Assembly: GCA_963785235.1 (NCBI GenBank) | Contig: CAWAUM010000010.1 | Location: forward strand, 128,001-192,000 | From: an uncultured delta proteobacterium | GTDB lineage: Bacteria > Desulfobacterota > Desulfomonilia > UBA1062 | DNA: 64,000 nucleotides | Direction: 5' to 3' | Shown here: one piece after another, positions 1-9,792 of the stretch | Position numbering within the stretch: the first letter of the stretch is position 1 | Layout: each line of letters starts with the position of its first letter | Notes under the pieces: model-generated | Databases searched by the model: none | Seen by the model: the letters and a program-made list of their open reading frames with translations, nothing else | Told to the model about the DNA's origin: nothing | Program-made: the position numbers and the translations under genes

Positions 1-167
1 GTATCAAATTCCTTTCCATTGATCTCTTCTTGTCCATCCTTTGCAATCGATGCCTTATATCTAATGCTTGCCAAACCTTTCACCTTGCGGATATGACCAA
101 TGAACCTGTTATCATTATAAACCTGAAACAGTGAACCATCACCTTTTGAGGATTTCAGTCTGATCAT
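1..167 (-). CDS. Hypothetical protein, partial (runs off the left edge)
   Basis: Manual translation: AGAAGGA RBS, ATG at 167, MIRLKSSKGDGSLFQVYNDNRFIGHIRKVKG... with no stop before base 1. Confidence 0.55.
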   Translation of the reverse strand, partial: MIRLKSSKGDGSLFQVYNDNRFIGHIRKVKGLASIRYKASIAKDGQEEINGKEFD

Positions 168-358
168 TTTTATTCCTTCTATGCAGGAATCTATTCAGAC
201 CATATTTCCATAAGAATATCAAGTCATTTGAACCAGGAAAGCCCCTTGGAACCTCGTACAGAAAGACCCCCTCTTGATTTCAGACCAAAAGGAATCAGAG
301 AGGTTTTCACATACGCCGACACCGGGGGCGCATTCATCTCCATAACCCTATCTTCCGT

Positions 359-1753
359 TCACCTTCCTGCTAGCGCCCGGTATCGATAGTACTCCATCAT
401 CCTCGCATACGCCCGCAGTGCCCTCTCCGGCGTCGGGTATACAGGGATTCCGTGTTCGTGCAGGGGCTTCAGCAGCTCGGCCTGGTCGATCTGGACGAAC
501 CCGGGATAGGCAATGGCCATGATATGTTTCTCCGTTTGCCCCTTTGCCCGGATGAGCCCTTGTATATAGTCTGCGCTCATGTCGGTTGATGCCCCGCCTC
601 CGAGCATGACCACGGCATCCACCCCCGGGTCAGCCAGGATAATTTCAAGTGCCTCCTGATAGAGCCTGAGGTCGAACGATGCGCTCAGCCCCACGTCGAT
701 GGGGTTTGCCCATGATGTCCCGGTGGGCGGGAGCAGAGCTTTGAGCCTGTGGATGCTCTCGTTGCAAAGGTCCGCCATAACAAGGCCGTTCCTCTCCACA
801 GCATCGGCTGCGGACACCGCAGGACCGCCCGGTCCGGAGACGATGGCCACCCTGCCCTCTCCGCCTGGGCCCATATGATAGAAGGCCATGGCAAGGTCGC
901 ACATCTCCTCGATGTCGCACACATCCAGGATGTGAAACTGCCTGAAAAGGCTCCTCCACAACTCGCCCTGTCCGGTCAGCGCCCCGGTATGGGATGCGGC
1001 AGCCTTCGAACCGGCTTTTGTGAGCCCCACCTTCCACATGATCACGGGCTTTTCAGGTGTCGTTCGCCTTCAAGGCATCAAGCAGCCTGCCCATCTCGCG
1101 CACGCCCTCGCAGTAGGTGCAGATGACAGCGGTCTGCTCATCTTTGCCCATCCATGCCAGCAGGTCTGCCAGTTCGATGTCCGCACCGTTGCCGCTGCTT
1201 GCAACGTGGCTGAAGAAGAGCCCTTTGGCCGAACAGTAATTCACGAACAGGTTCACCAGTGAACCGCTCTGGCTGATAAACCCCAGCTTCCCCACAGTCC
1301 TGGGCATGCCCGGAAAAGGGGCGATCCGCGAACCGGGAGAGTATATGCCCATGCAGTTGGGCCCCAGGATGCAAAACCCCCCCTCGTGCGCAATGCGCCT
1401 CATGCGCGCCTCGTCGTCGCGACCCGCAGTCGTCTCCCAGCTCGGAAAACCCCGAGGTGTAGAGGATCACGGCCTTGACCTGTTTTCTTGCGCATTGTGC
1501 CAGCACATCAAAGACCGTCTCTTTCGGCGACATGATGATGACCAGGTCCACCGCACCTGGCACCTCATGGAGGTTGGGGTATGCCTTGTAGCCGTCGATC
1601 TCGGTTGCACTCGGGTGGATAAGGTATATGGGCCCGACTGAAGCCCTGGTCGAGAAGCCCCAGGAAGAAGACCTTGCCCGCTTTGAGTCCCCGGGGGATG
1701 CCGTAGAGCGCTATGGATTCCGGAGAAAAAAGGCTTTGAATCGTGTCATGCAT
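359..1753 (-). CDS. NDP-forming acyl-CoA synthetase alpha-type subunit (CoA-binding protein), split by frameshifts
   Basis: Consecutive ORF pieces MHDTIQSLFSPESIALYG, VDLVIIMSP..ILYTSGFSELG, ILGPNCMGI..FISQSG, and the phospho-His motif AASHTGALTG followed by NPIDVG. Confidence 0.85.
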
Positions 1754-1906
1754 AACAACCCCCCGTTCACAGGAACTGGAACAATCCTGTCTGCACATAT
1801 ATGCTCTAAAGGAACATGCATGCACATAGTATCACCAGATCAGATGTGCATCAATGCATGGACATGAAATGGTCAGGTTCTCTTCTCCGACAAAAAGGTG
1901 GCAGGT

Positions 1907-3214
1907 TTATTTTTCAGTCTTGGTCACCGGGAGTTTGAGCCTTCCCTTCAGAGAGAGCTGCCTTGCGCCATGCCGGTAGCTGATGTACTGGAAGGCCCAA
2001 CGGATGAGGATAATAAGCCTGTTCTCAAAATTGATGAGCAGGAGAAGGTGGATAAATAACCAGAGAAGCCATGCGAAATATCCTCCAAAATGCCATCTGC
2101 CGATAGCTGCAACGGCAGAGTTGCGCCCTATGACTGCAAGGGTGCCCTTGTCAAAATATCGAAACGGCCTGTGCCCGATCTTCCCAGCAAGACGGCCGAT
2201 GATGATCCCGGCCACATATCGTCCTTGCTGGGTCGCCACCGGGGCAAGGCCCGGCAGCGGCGTGCCGCTTTTACCTGTGCAATGCGCCAGGTCTCCTATG
2301 ACAAAGATCTCCGGATGAGCGGGCACGCTCAGGTCAGGGGCCACCATGACACGACCCGAAGGATCTAGCGTAGCCCCTGTCTTTTCCGCCAGGTTCCGGC
2401 CAAGGGGGGAGGCCTTCACCCCTGTTGCCCACAACAAGGTCCTGGCAGGTAGACGCCGGGTGCTGCCCTTTCTGTTCAAGGTGATCCCTTTTTCATCCAT
2501 ATCCACAACCCTGGCGCCGGTCATGGGTTTTACACCTATACTGATGAGGGATTCTTCAGCCTTTCTGGAGAGATCTGCCGGATAGCCCGGCAGTATCCGA
2601 TCAGCGGAATCGAGGATGATTATCTGCGACTCTTCCGGATGGATGGAGCGGAATTCATCCTTGAGGGTATTCTGTGCAATCTCGGCAATCATCCCTGAAA
2701 GCTCAATGCCGGTGGCTCCACCTCCTATGACAACAAAGGTGAGCCACTCTTTGCGTAGATCAGGGTCTGTTTCACGCTCTGCGACCTCGAAGGCATAGAA
2801 GATCCTGTTACGGATCTCGGCAGTGTCTTCAATAGTCTTCAGCCCAGGGGCAAACTGGGCCCATTCATCATTTCCGAAATAGTGGTTTTCCATGCCGGCG
2901 GCTACAATCAGGGTGTCATACTCCATGGCACCATCTGCCAGGATGACCCGTTTGCCTTCTGGATCAAAGTCCACAACCTCACCCAGGAGGACCTGGGTAT
3001 TCTTCTGCTTCCTGAGAATATGCCGTAATGGAGCCGTGATCTCCGACGGACAGAGCAGCCCTGTTGCAACCTGGTAGAGAAGGGGTTGGAAAAGATGGTA
3101 ATTCTGCTTGTCGATGATGGTTATTCTCCCAGGCAAATTACCCAGGGTACGCACTGCCGACAGGCCGCCGAACCCGCCGCCGATGATAACAACATGTTGT
3201 CCTGTGCATTCCAT
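1907..3214 (-). CDS. ndh: Type II NADH:quinone oxidoreductase (NAD(P)/FAD-dependent oxidoreductase)
   Basis: Two Rossmann motifs (GGGFGG, GGGATGIE), FQPLLYQVATG, IGDLA, APVATQQG, DKGTLAVIGR. Confidence 0.88.
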   Translation of the reverse strand: MECTGQHVVIIGGGFGGLSAVRTLGNLPGRITIIDKQNYHLFQPLLYQVATGLLCPSEITAPLRHILRKQKNTQVLLGEVVDFDPEGKRVILADGAMEYDTLIVAAGMENHYFGNDEWAQFAPGLKTIEDTAEIRNRIFYAFEVAERETDPDLRKEWLTFVVIGGGATGIELSGMIAEIAQNTLKDEFRSIHPEESQIIILDSADRILPGYPADLSRKAEESLISIGVKPMTGARVVDMDEKGITLNRKGSTRRLPARTLLWATGVKASPLGRNLAEKTGATLDPSGRVMVAPDLSVPAHPEIFVIGDLAHCTGKSGTPLPGLAPVATQQGRYVAGIIIGRLAGKIGHRPFRYFDKGTLAVIGRNSAVAAIGRWHFGGYFAWLLWLFIHLLLLINFENRLIILIRWAFQYISYRHGARQLSLKGRLKLPVTKTEK

Positions 3215-3253
3215 TGTCTTCTTCCTCCCCCTTTAGGCGAATGAAAATTGTGA

Positions 3254-3319
3254 AAATTGGGGACGGGTTCATATTTCAAGAGTTTGGGGATAAGTTTGTG
3301 GTGTGCCCGTCCCCAATTT
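3254..3319. repeat. Perfect 14-bp inverted repeat, REP-like palindrome
   Basis: AAATTGGGGACGGG (3254-3267) and CCCGTCCCCAATTT (3306-3319), 38-nt spacer, intergenic. Confidence 0.75.
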
Positions 3320-3353
3320 CCTCCAAGGGGTTTACCCCTGGAACCTCTCTTCA

Positions 3354-3524
3354 TTATTCAAGCAATGTTTCAACCTTGAATTTCAGGGCTTTTTCATTTT
3401 TCTCATTAAATTCCTTGCCCTTTTTTTTGCTCATTTCCCGGATCTGATCGATCATTTCCTTGTATGAATCAAAAACTACCGGGCCTTTGCTGTACTTATC
3501 ATCTTCCAGAATATAGCGCGCCAT
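3354..3524 (-). CDS. Small hypothetical protein (56 aa)
   Basis: AAAGGGGGT RBS before ATG 3524; MARYILEDDKYSKGPVVFDSY... Confidence 0.55.
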   Translation of the reverse strand: MARYILEDDKYSKGPVVFDSYKEMIDQIREMSKKKGKEFNEKNEKALKFKVETLLE

Positions 3525-3911
3525 GTTTACACCCCCTTTCACTGTTTTACCTGTTCTCCCCCTTATCGCAGACTACTTTTTGTGTTCCTGCACTGTGTTC
3601 TTCCCAAACCGTTAACGAGCCTCATAGGAATGTATCTGAGTCTCAACTATATCGAAGTAATTATCTCTAAAGGTTGCAGGTCTTCTCTTTTTTCTCTCAA
3701 GGGAAGACCATCATGATGGTTGAGGGTTGCACACCAGTGCGTTCATAATACTATAAGCTGTTTCACTTCTAAATCAATATCATCACATATTCTTGTCCCA
3801 ACTCTTTAACAGAAAAAGGACAGTTTTTTTCGGCTTTTTCATATACTATGCCTCTATCTGCTTCTATCTTTTCCGGGCCTTCGGCATGGAATTAGACCTT
3901 TGCCCTGCCAT

Positions 3912-4145
3912 CTATTCGGTTTCAATAATAACGCCACATTCCTCACATTGATAGCGGGTCTTTTCATGATCTGCAGCCAGGACTTCCTCAAAGTCATCAC
4001 GCTTAATGCCGTGTACTTCAAAACATTCCGGGCAATACCTTCCCTGCAGCTCATCGGCGGTAATGGTCAGATGGCAATGCCGACAGCGCAACCTGTTTTT
4101 CTGTGGGGGTAGAAGGACCAGATGGAGATGTCTGCACGTTGTCAT
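3912..4145 (-). CDS. Small Cys-rich zinc-ribbon protein
   Basis: CRHLH, CRHC, CPEC and CEEC motifs; start could be 4190. Confidence 0.65.
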   Translation of the reverse strand: MTTCRHLHLVLLPPQKNRLRCRHCHLTITADELQGRYCPECFEVHGIKRDDFEEVLAADHEKTRYQCEECGVIIETE

Positions 4146-4378
4146 ACGACAAGCCTTTAAAGAATTAACCGCGGTGAAGCAAGTGTTCATTTATGAGGTA
4201 AGAGGGTGAAACAGAGTTCATATCCTGGTAATTGGGGGAACGGAGTCCTGGGGGACAGTAGCAAAGAATCAGGACAATGTTGAGTCCCCTCTTGAACCGA
4301 GCCTTCTGGCCGTTATTATTTCATCATGCTCGATTTGCCAATTTTATTGGCGCATAAACAGACTTTGAAGGAGGACCG

Positions 4379-4828
4379 ATGTTCTATTTTCAACTGCTGG
4401 ATCTAATAAAAGACAATGCGAATGAGTTGACGAGGCGCTTGTGCAAAGACATACTCAGCATGGAGGAGACCAAAGGATACCGCAAGTTCTCCTATGAGGT
4501 CATGTATGAACGTGTCTTCGATGTGTACAACAAGCTCAGTTCCTGGTTAGGCACGGATGATCACACCACCGGCGAGATCAGGAAGGTATATACCGAGCTT
4601 GGAAGAAAGCGGTACCGTGAGGGCCTTCCTCTTAATGAAGTGGTCCTGGCATTCATGCTTATTAAAAGGCATCTCTGGGTCTTCATGCAGGAGAAGCAGT
4701 TCTTTGAAACCACTTATGAGTTCAGCCAGGCCCTTGAACTCAATAACAAGGTCGTCCTTTTCTTTGACAGGGTGATTTACTTTGTAACCATGGGCTATGA
4801 AGAGGAGCTTCTCAAGAATAAGGGGTAG
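4379..4828 (+). CDS. Conserved hypothetical all-helical protein (possibly RsbRD-N/globin-like sensor fold)
   Basis: AAGGAGG RBS; motif YTELGRKRYREG(L)PLNEVVLAF; the fold call is inference. Confidence 0.7.
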   Translation: MFYFQLLDLIKDNANELTRRLCKDILSMEETKGYRKFSYEVMYERVFDVYNKLSSWLGTDDHTTGEIRKVYTELGRKRYREGLPLNEVVLAFMLIKRHLWVFMQEKQFFETTYEFSQALELNNKVVLFFDRVIYFVTMGYEEELLKNKG

Positions 4829-4848
4829 CAACAGGCGAAGGGAAACCG

Positions 4849-4891
4849 GGATCGGAGCCGATTATAATAAATCGACCCCGACCCTTTTTTT
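4849..4891 (+). terminator. Probable intrinsic terminator
   Basis: Imperfect stem GGGATCGGAGCCGATT / AATCGACCCCGACCC followed by T7. Confidence 0.55.
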
Positions 4892-4906
4892 ATACATTGA
4901 CACAAG

Positions 4907-6349
4907 ACCCGAAACCCATATCTTTGATACCATGGATAACTGCTCAACTGTGGACCCACATGCTCTCTGAGCTCCTCACTTATTTCACGACGCCCTGTCC
5001 GCGGTATGTCCGCCGTATGGGTTATCTCTATGAGGCCATCGCCATGCGCGAAAGGCATCGGCGCCGCCGTGCCGACTGGCAGCAGCACATTGCCAGCACC
5101 AGGCGATGCGTCCTTTCCGTGGCTCGCAGTTGCCGGAACAGGGAAAGGGCCGTTGTCCTCGGGGCGGGCCTTTTACTGGATGTACCGCTCAATGAGCTTG
5201 CATCGATGTTCCGCGAGGTCGTCCTTGCAGACATCGTGTTCTTACCGGAAATACGCAGGCTTATAAACAGCTATGGCAATGTCAAACTCCAGCAATGCGA
5301 TGTGACGGGTATTGCGGAACTGCTTTTTCAAAACGTACAATGCGGCCGACAGGCCCTCCCTTCAGATACCGCGCCCGTACTTCCTGCGGTCGAAGCCGGC
5401 ACGGGGTTGGTCGTTTCGCTGAACCTCCTCTCCCAGCTCTGTGTGATACCAGGCAGATTTGCTCTCAAACATATGCCCTTGCTCCATGAAAAATACCTCT
5501 CCGACTGGTGCGGACGGATTATGGCATTGCATTATGCAGCCATGGCATCGCTGCCGGGTGATGTATGCCTCATTGCTGATCATGCATTTGCCAAATATGA
5601 CAGGCAAGGGCACATCGCAGAAAGAGGTACCCGAAACCCATATCTTTGATACCATGGATAACTGCTCAACTGTGGACCCACATGCTCTCTGAGCTCCTCA
5701 CTTATTTCACGACGCCCTGTCCGCGGTATGTCCGCCGTATGGGTTATCTCTATGAGGCCATCGCCATGCGCGAAAGGCATCGGCGCCGCCGTGCGGACTG
5801 GCAGCAGCACATTGCCAGCACCAGGCGATGCGTCCTTTCCGTGGCTCGCAGTTGCCGGAACAGGGAAAGGGCCGTTGTCCTCGGGGCGGGCCTTTTACTG
5901 GATGTACCGCTCAATGAGCTTGCATCGATGTTCCGCGAGGTCGTCCTTGCAGACATCGTGTTCTTACCGGAAATACGCAGGCTTATAAACAGCTATGGCA
6001 ATGTCAAACTCCAGCAATGCGATGTGACGGGTATTGCGGAACTGCTTTTTCAAAACGTACAATGCGGCCGACAGGCCCTCCCTTCAGATACCGCGCCCGT
6101 ACTTCCTGCGGTCGAAGCCGGCACGGGGTTGGTCGTTTCGCTGAACCTCCTCTCCCAGCTCTGTGTGATACCAGGCAGATTTGCTCTCAAACATATGCCC
6201 TTGCTCCATGAAAAATACCTCTCCGACTGGTGCGGACGGATTACGGCATTGCATTATGCAGCCATGGCATCGCTGCCGGGTGATGTATGCCTCATTGCTG
6301 ATCATGCATTTGCCAAATATGACAGGCAAGGGCACATCGCAGAAAGAGG
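4907..6349 (+). repeat. Tandem direct duplication, 722-bp period (4907-5627 and 5629-6349)
   Basis: Copies match except two substitutions I could spot (5073C/5795G, 5522T/6244C). Confidence 0.95.
4960..5649 (+). pseudogene. 3'-truncated first copy of the SAM-MTase-like hypothetical gene
   Basis: Identical to the next ORF up to ...IAERG, then reads into the duplication junction (TRNPYL stop). Confidence 0.75.
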
Positions 6350-6482
6350 ATCGACACTATACGGCCTGGACCTGCCGGAACCGGACGACTCCTGGACATG
6401 GATGGTTGCCCCTTTCGGAGAGGAATCGCAATACCTCTCCAAGGAACTTCATGTGGGTGCATGGTATATGCAAAGGGGATGA
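5682..6482 (+). CDS. Hypothetical protein with class I SAM-methyltransferase-like motifs (full-length copy)
   Basis: VVLGAG (motif I-like), VVLAD, CDVTG, VVSLNLLSQL; start inferred at MLSELL. Confidence 0.7.
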   Translation: MLSELLTYFTTPCPRYVRRMGYLYEAIAMRERHRRRRADWQQHIASTRRCVLSVARSCRNRERAVVLGAGLLLDVPLNELASMFREVVLADIVFLPEIRRLINSYGNVKLQQCDVTGIAELLFQNVQCGRQALPSDTAPVLPAVEAGTGLVVSLNLLSQLCVIPGRFALKHMPLLHEKYLSDWCGRITALHYAAMASLPGDVCLIADHAFAKYDRQGHIAERGSTLYGLDLPEPDDSWTWMVAPFGEESQYLSKELHVGAWYMQRG

Positions 6483-6490
6483 GGGGGTGC

Positions 6491-6519
6491 TTGCACAGTT
6501 CAAGACAAAGGGCTACAAT
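6491..6519 (+). promoter_or_regulatory. Sigma70-type promoter
   Basis: TTGCAC-17 nt-TACAAT, about 60 nt upstream of the enolase-superfamily gene. Confidence 0.55.
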
Positions 6520-6579
6520 CTTGTGCAGGCTTAAACGCAATGTCTTTTCATGGAGAAGATCCTACTTAAGGGGGGCGTC

Positions 6580-7806
6580 ATGAAGATAAAAACCATAGAA
6601 ATGTTTCATGTTTCCATCCCGCTGAAAGAAACCTTCTGGCCCACATGGATACCGGGCTATCCGCAGACGCACAACCGCTTTACCCTGATCAAGTTAACCA
6701 CGGACGACGGCATCACCGGTTATTCTGCCGGTACGGCCATGGGCCATGAGCGCGAAGGCCTGGGCGACCTCATCGGCAGCTACCTCATGGGCGCAGACCC
6801 CACGGATATTGACCGTGTCCAGGGGCTGCTCAAACAGGCAGGCTTCCTTGGCTGGAGAAACTTCTGGATCGAGCCCGCATGCTGGGACATCATGGGAAAG
6901 AGTCAGGGTAAGCCCGTCTATGAGCTGTTGGGCGGGAGGGCGCGAGCCATAGATGTCTACCTTTCCACCGGAGAGATGCACGACCCTCACAGAAGGGTTG
7001 ATGAACTCCTGGCCATGAAGGACCGTGGATTCAAGACCGCCAAGCTCAGGGTGAAGAATGTGAGCCTCCATGAGGACATCAGGCACATCGAGCTCGTGAG
7101 CAAAGGCCTCTCGGGCGCCATGAAGCTCGGGGTGGATGCGAACCAGGGCTGGCTCGTCACCATCGTGGACAAAATCCCTGCATGGGACCTTGCACGCGCC
7201 AAAAATTTCGCCGATGCATGCGCAGACTGCGGCATCGAATGGCTCGAAGAGCCCCTTGATTCCCGCGACTACGACGGCAATGCCGCGCTCAAAAAGATGT
7301 CGAAGGTGAAGATCTCGGGTGCCGAGATCAACTACGGGTGGGACGAGATCAAGATCATGTTGGAGAAGGACTGCTTTCACGTGTACCAGCCTGACGCCAC
7401 CTTTGCCGGAGGAATTGCGCAGGTGAAGAAGGTCCTCGACGCGTGCAAGCTGAAAGATCGTCTCTTCAGCCCCCATACCTGGACCAACGGCATCGGTTTT
7501 TACATAAACTGGAACATGGTGCTTGCGGACAGAGAGAATGCGCTACCCCTGGAATACCCGCTCGAAGAGCCTTCATGGATCCCGGAGTTCCGGGAGGGGA
7601 TCATCGAGCCCATCATCCCGGACAAGGAGGGCCGGCTGCAGCCCTTTACCAGGCCGGGACTCGGCTTTGAGATCAATGAGAGGCTCCTGAAGAAATACGG
7701 CCGGCGCTTTTTCAAGCTTACCGAAACCGGCCTCAAGTTCAAGGTGATCCGGGAAAAGGGCCTGAAGGCAGCGCTGAACCTCAAAAAGCGCAAGGAAGAG
7801 GGCTAA
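6580..7806 (+). CDS. Mandelate racemase/muconate lactonizing enzyme family (enolase superfamily)
   Basis: WDIMGK..KPVYELLGG, KLR, VDANQG, WLEEP, GAE, QPD, PHTW motifs. Confidence 0.9.
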   Translation: MKIKTIEMFHVSIPLKETFWPTWIPGYPQTHNRFTLIKLTTDDGITGYSAGTAMGHEREGLGDLIGSYLMGADPTDIDRVQGLLKQAGFLGWRNFWIEPACWDIMGKSQGKPVYELLGGRARAIDVYLSTGEMHDPHRRVDELLAMKDRGFKTAKLRVKNVSLHEDIRHIELVSKGLSGAMKLGVDANQGWLVTIVDKIPAWDLARAKNFADACADCGIEWLEEPLDSRDYDGNAALKKMSKVKISGAEINYGWDEIKIMLEKDCFHVYQPDATFAGGIAQVKKVLDACKLKDRLFSPHTWTNGIGFYINWNMVLADRENALPLEYPLEEPSWIPEFREGIIEPIIPDKEGRLQPFTRPGLGFEINERLLKKYGRRFFKLTETGLKFKVIREKGLKAALNLKKRKEEG

Positions 7807-8145
7807 AAATGGGATCAAGATGTTAGGGCAGATTGCGACCTGATCCAACTTTTGCCCATCGATACATAAAGAATGCAACAAAATCTGAACCGAAATCTCC
7901 CTTGAGAAATGCCCCTGCGCATTGACTTTCCTCAATATCCGATTATTTTATGCTGTGTATTTAATGTTTCTCTTGGATTCCCGTGTAATTCAATTTCACA
8001 CGTTATCGTTTGATATTTTTTGGGCTGGCGAGAAGGGCCTCCCTTCGCTTTTCACCAAGGTCACACCTGTGTGACGGCCTCAGAGAAAGGTGGTCCGGTC
8101 CCGGCATGCAATCCACAGTGGTACGCCGGGGAAAGGGGATTTACC

Positions 8146-9324
8146 ATGGGCGAACAGATAATGATGATCCACGGGATGTGGGGAGGACCATGGGTATGGA
8201 ACAACTACAAACAATTCTTCGAGTCAAAAGGGTATCGCTGCCTCACGCCCGCACTGCGGTTCCATGATAAGGAATCAACGGATTTCTCGTATGACCAATT
8301 GGGTGAAACGAGCCTGCTGGATTATGCCAAAGACCTTGAGCATGAGATATGTCAGCTCCATGAGAAACCAATACTCATGGGGCACTCCATGGGCGGCCTT
8401 CTCGCCCAGATACTCGGGAGCCGCGGCCTGGCAAAGGCCCTTGTGCTCCTGACGCCTGCATCACCGAGAGGGATCATGGCCCTGAAGCTATCCGTGATCA
8501 GGAGCTTCTGGAGCACCCTCACAAAACCGGGCTTCTGGAAAAAGCCCATGCTGCAGACCTTTGATGAGGCGGTCTACTCCATGCTGCAGATGATGCCTGG
8601 TGAAGATCGTAAAGCACTGTACGATAAATTCGTTCCGGAATCAGGCCGGGCAGGCTTTGAGATCGGGTTCTGGCTGCTGGATGGAAATCGCGCCACTGAG
8701 GTCAATGAGTCCAGAGTCACCTGCCCCTGTCTGATAATCTCAGGGAAACTCGACAAGATTACCCCACCTTCGGTTGTCCGGAGCATGGCACACAAATACC
8801 GGACAGTATCCACGCTCAAGGAATTTACACACCATGCCCACTGGGTTCATGACGAACCAGGCTGGATCGAGATCGCCGAGTACTGCGCTGAATGGCTGGA
8901 TCAGGTCCTCGTTACCATGTCCGAAAGACCCCTGCCAATCGCAATACCTCACGCAAGACCGGCGGACAGGGTAAAAAAGGCCGTATCGGGCTACACTCAG
9001 AAATGGAAACACACGAAGGGAGTGGAACACCGCACAGGCAGGAGGACAGAGATGAACCTGGTGGTCGATGCGAGCATCCCCTGCAGCGGTAATGCCCAGT
9101 ACTATGAGCTCGGATATACCATGAATATCTGCCAAGGCGGGATATACCTGGATACTGTCGCACCCCTGGAAGAAGGCATGTATGTGAATGCGAACCTGCA
9201 TACCGGGAAGGCAGAGAAACCCCTGTGGGTACAGGGCCGTGTGGTGAGAGCTGCAGGCAATGGCATGGCTATGGCATTTTCCCATGTGGAGCCCGAGAGA
9301 TTGAACCGGCTACTGCTCATATAG
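8146..9324 (+). CDS. Alpha/beta-fold hydrolase with C-terminal PilZ domain
   Basis: IHGMWGG, GHSMGG nucleophile, D(KIT) and H(AHW) triad; C-terminus has RTGRR, NICQGG and QGRVVR...GMAMAF. Confidence 0.85.
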   Translation: MGEQIMMIHGMWGGPWVWNNYKQFFESKGYRCLTPALRFHDKESTDFSYDQLGETSLLDYAKDLEHEICQLHEKPILMGHSMGGLLAQILGSRGLAKALVLLTPASPRGIMALKLSVIRSFWSTLTKPGFWKKPMLQTFDEAVYSMLQMMPGEDRKALYDKFVPESGRAGFEIGFWLLDGNRATEVNESRVTCPCLIISGKLDKITPPSVVRSMAHKYRTVSTLKEFTHHAHWVHDEPGWIEIAEYCAEWLDQVLVTMSERPLPIAIPHARPADRVKKAVSGYTQKWKHTKGVEHRTGRRTEMNLVVDASIPCSGNAQYYELGYTMNICQGGIYLDTVAPLEEGMYVNANLHTGKAEKPLWVQGRVVRAAGNGMAMAFSHVEPERLNRLLLI

Positions 9325-9435
9325 CTCAAGGGTGAAAGGGGACATCTTCTTCGTGTAGAAATCCAATCTGCACCCTTTTCGGACTGAACAACCTCTTCGG
9401 TGGTCTCATGCAGGCATTCTTTTTTGTAGTTCCTG

Positions 9436-9771
9436 TTATTTCACCATCACGAGCAGCATCTTGAACCTGGATACGGCCTTCAGTGCATGCGGCTTATGGG
9501 CCGGCATGATTATCATCTCTCCTGCCTGGACTGTATGCGGTGTGCCTTCAATAGCGACCTCGGCCGTGCCTTCCAGGACATGAACCAGGGCGTCGAAGGG
9601 TGCAGTATGCTCACTGAGGCCTTCACCCTCGTCAAAGGCAAAGACCGTCACCGTGCCCGCAGCTTTCTTGATGATCTCCCTGCTCACAATGGATTGGACC
9701 TGGTATGCGGCAAGGTCTTTCAGGTTCATGGCCTTTGCCAGGAGCTCTTTCTTCACACCCTGTTCTTCCAT
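9436..9771 (-). CDS. Cupin domain protein
   Basis: LSEHTAPFDALVHVLEG and MPAHKPHAL cupin motifs. Confidence 0.9.
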   Translation of the reverse strand: MEEQGVKKELLAKAMNLKDLAAYQVQSIVSREIIKKAAGTVTVFAFDEGEGLSEHTAPFDALVHVLEGTAEVAIEGTPHTVQAGEMIIMPAHKPHALKAVSRFKMLLVMVK

Positions 9772-9792
9772 GTCGTTTCATCCTTTCTTGGT

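Noticed and set aside
6694-7476. Long antisense ORFs (also 14804-15628 and 35526-36389)
   Set aside because: Shadows of GC3-rich sense genes; no recognisable motifs
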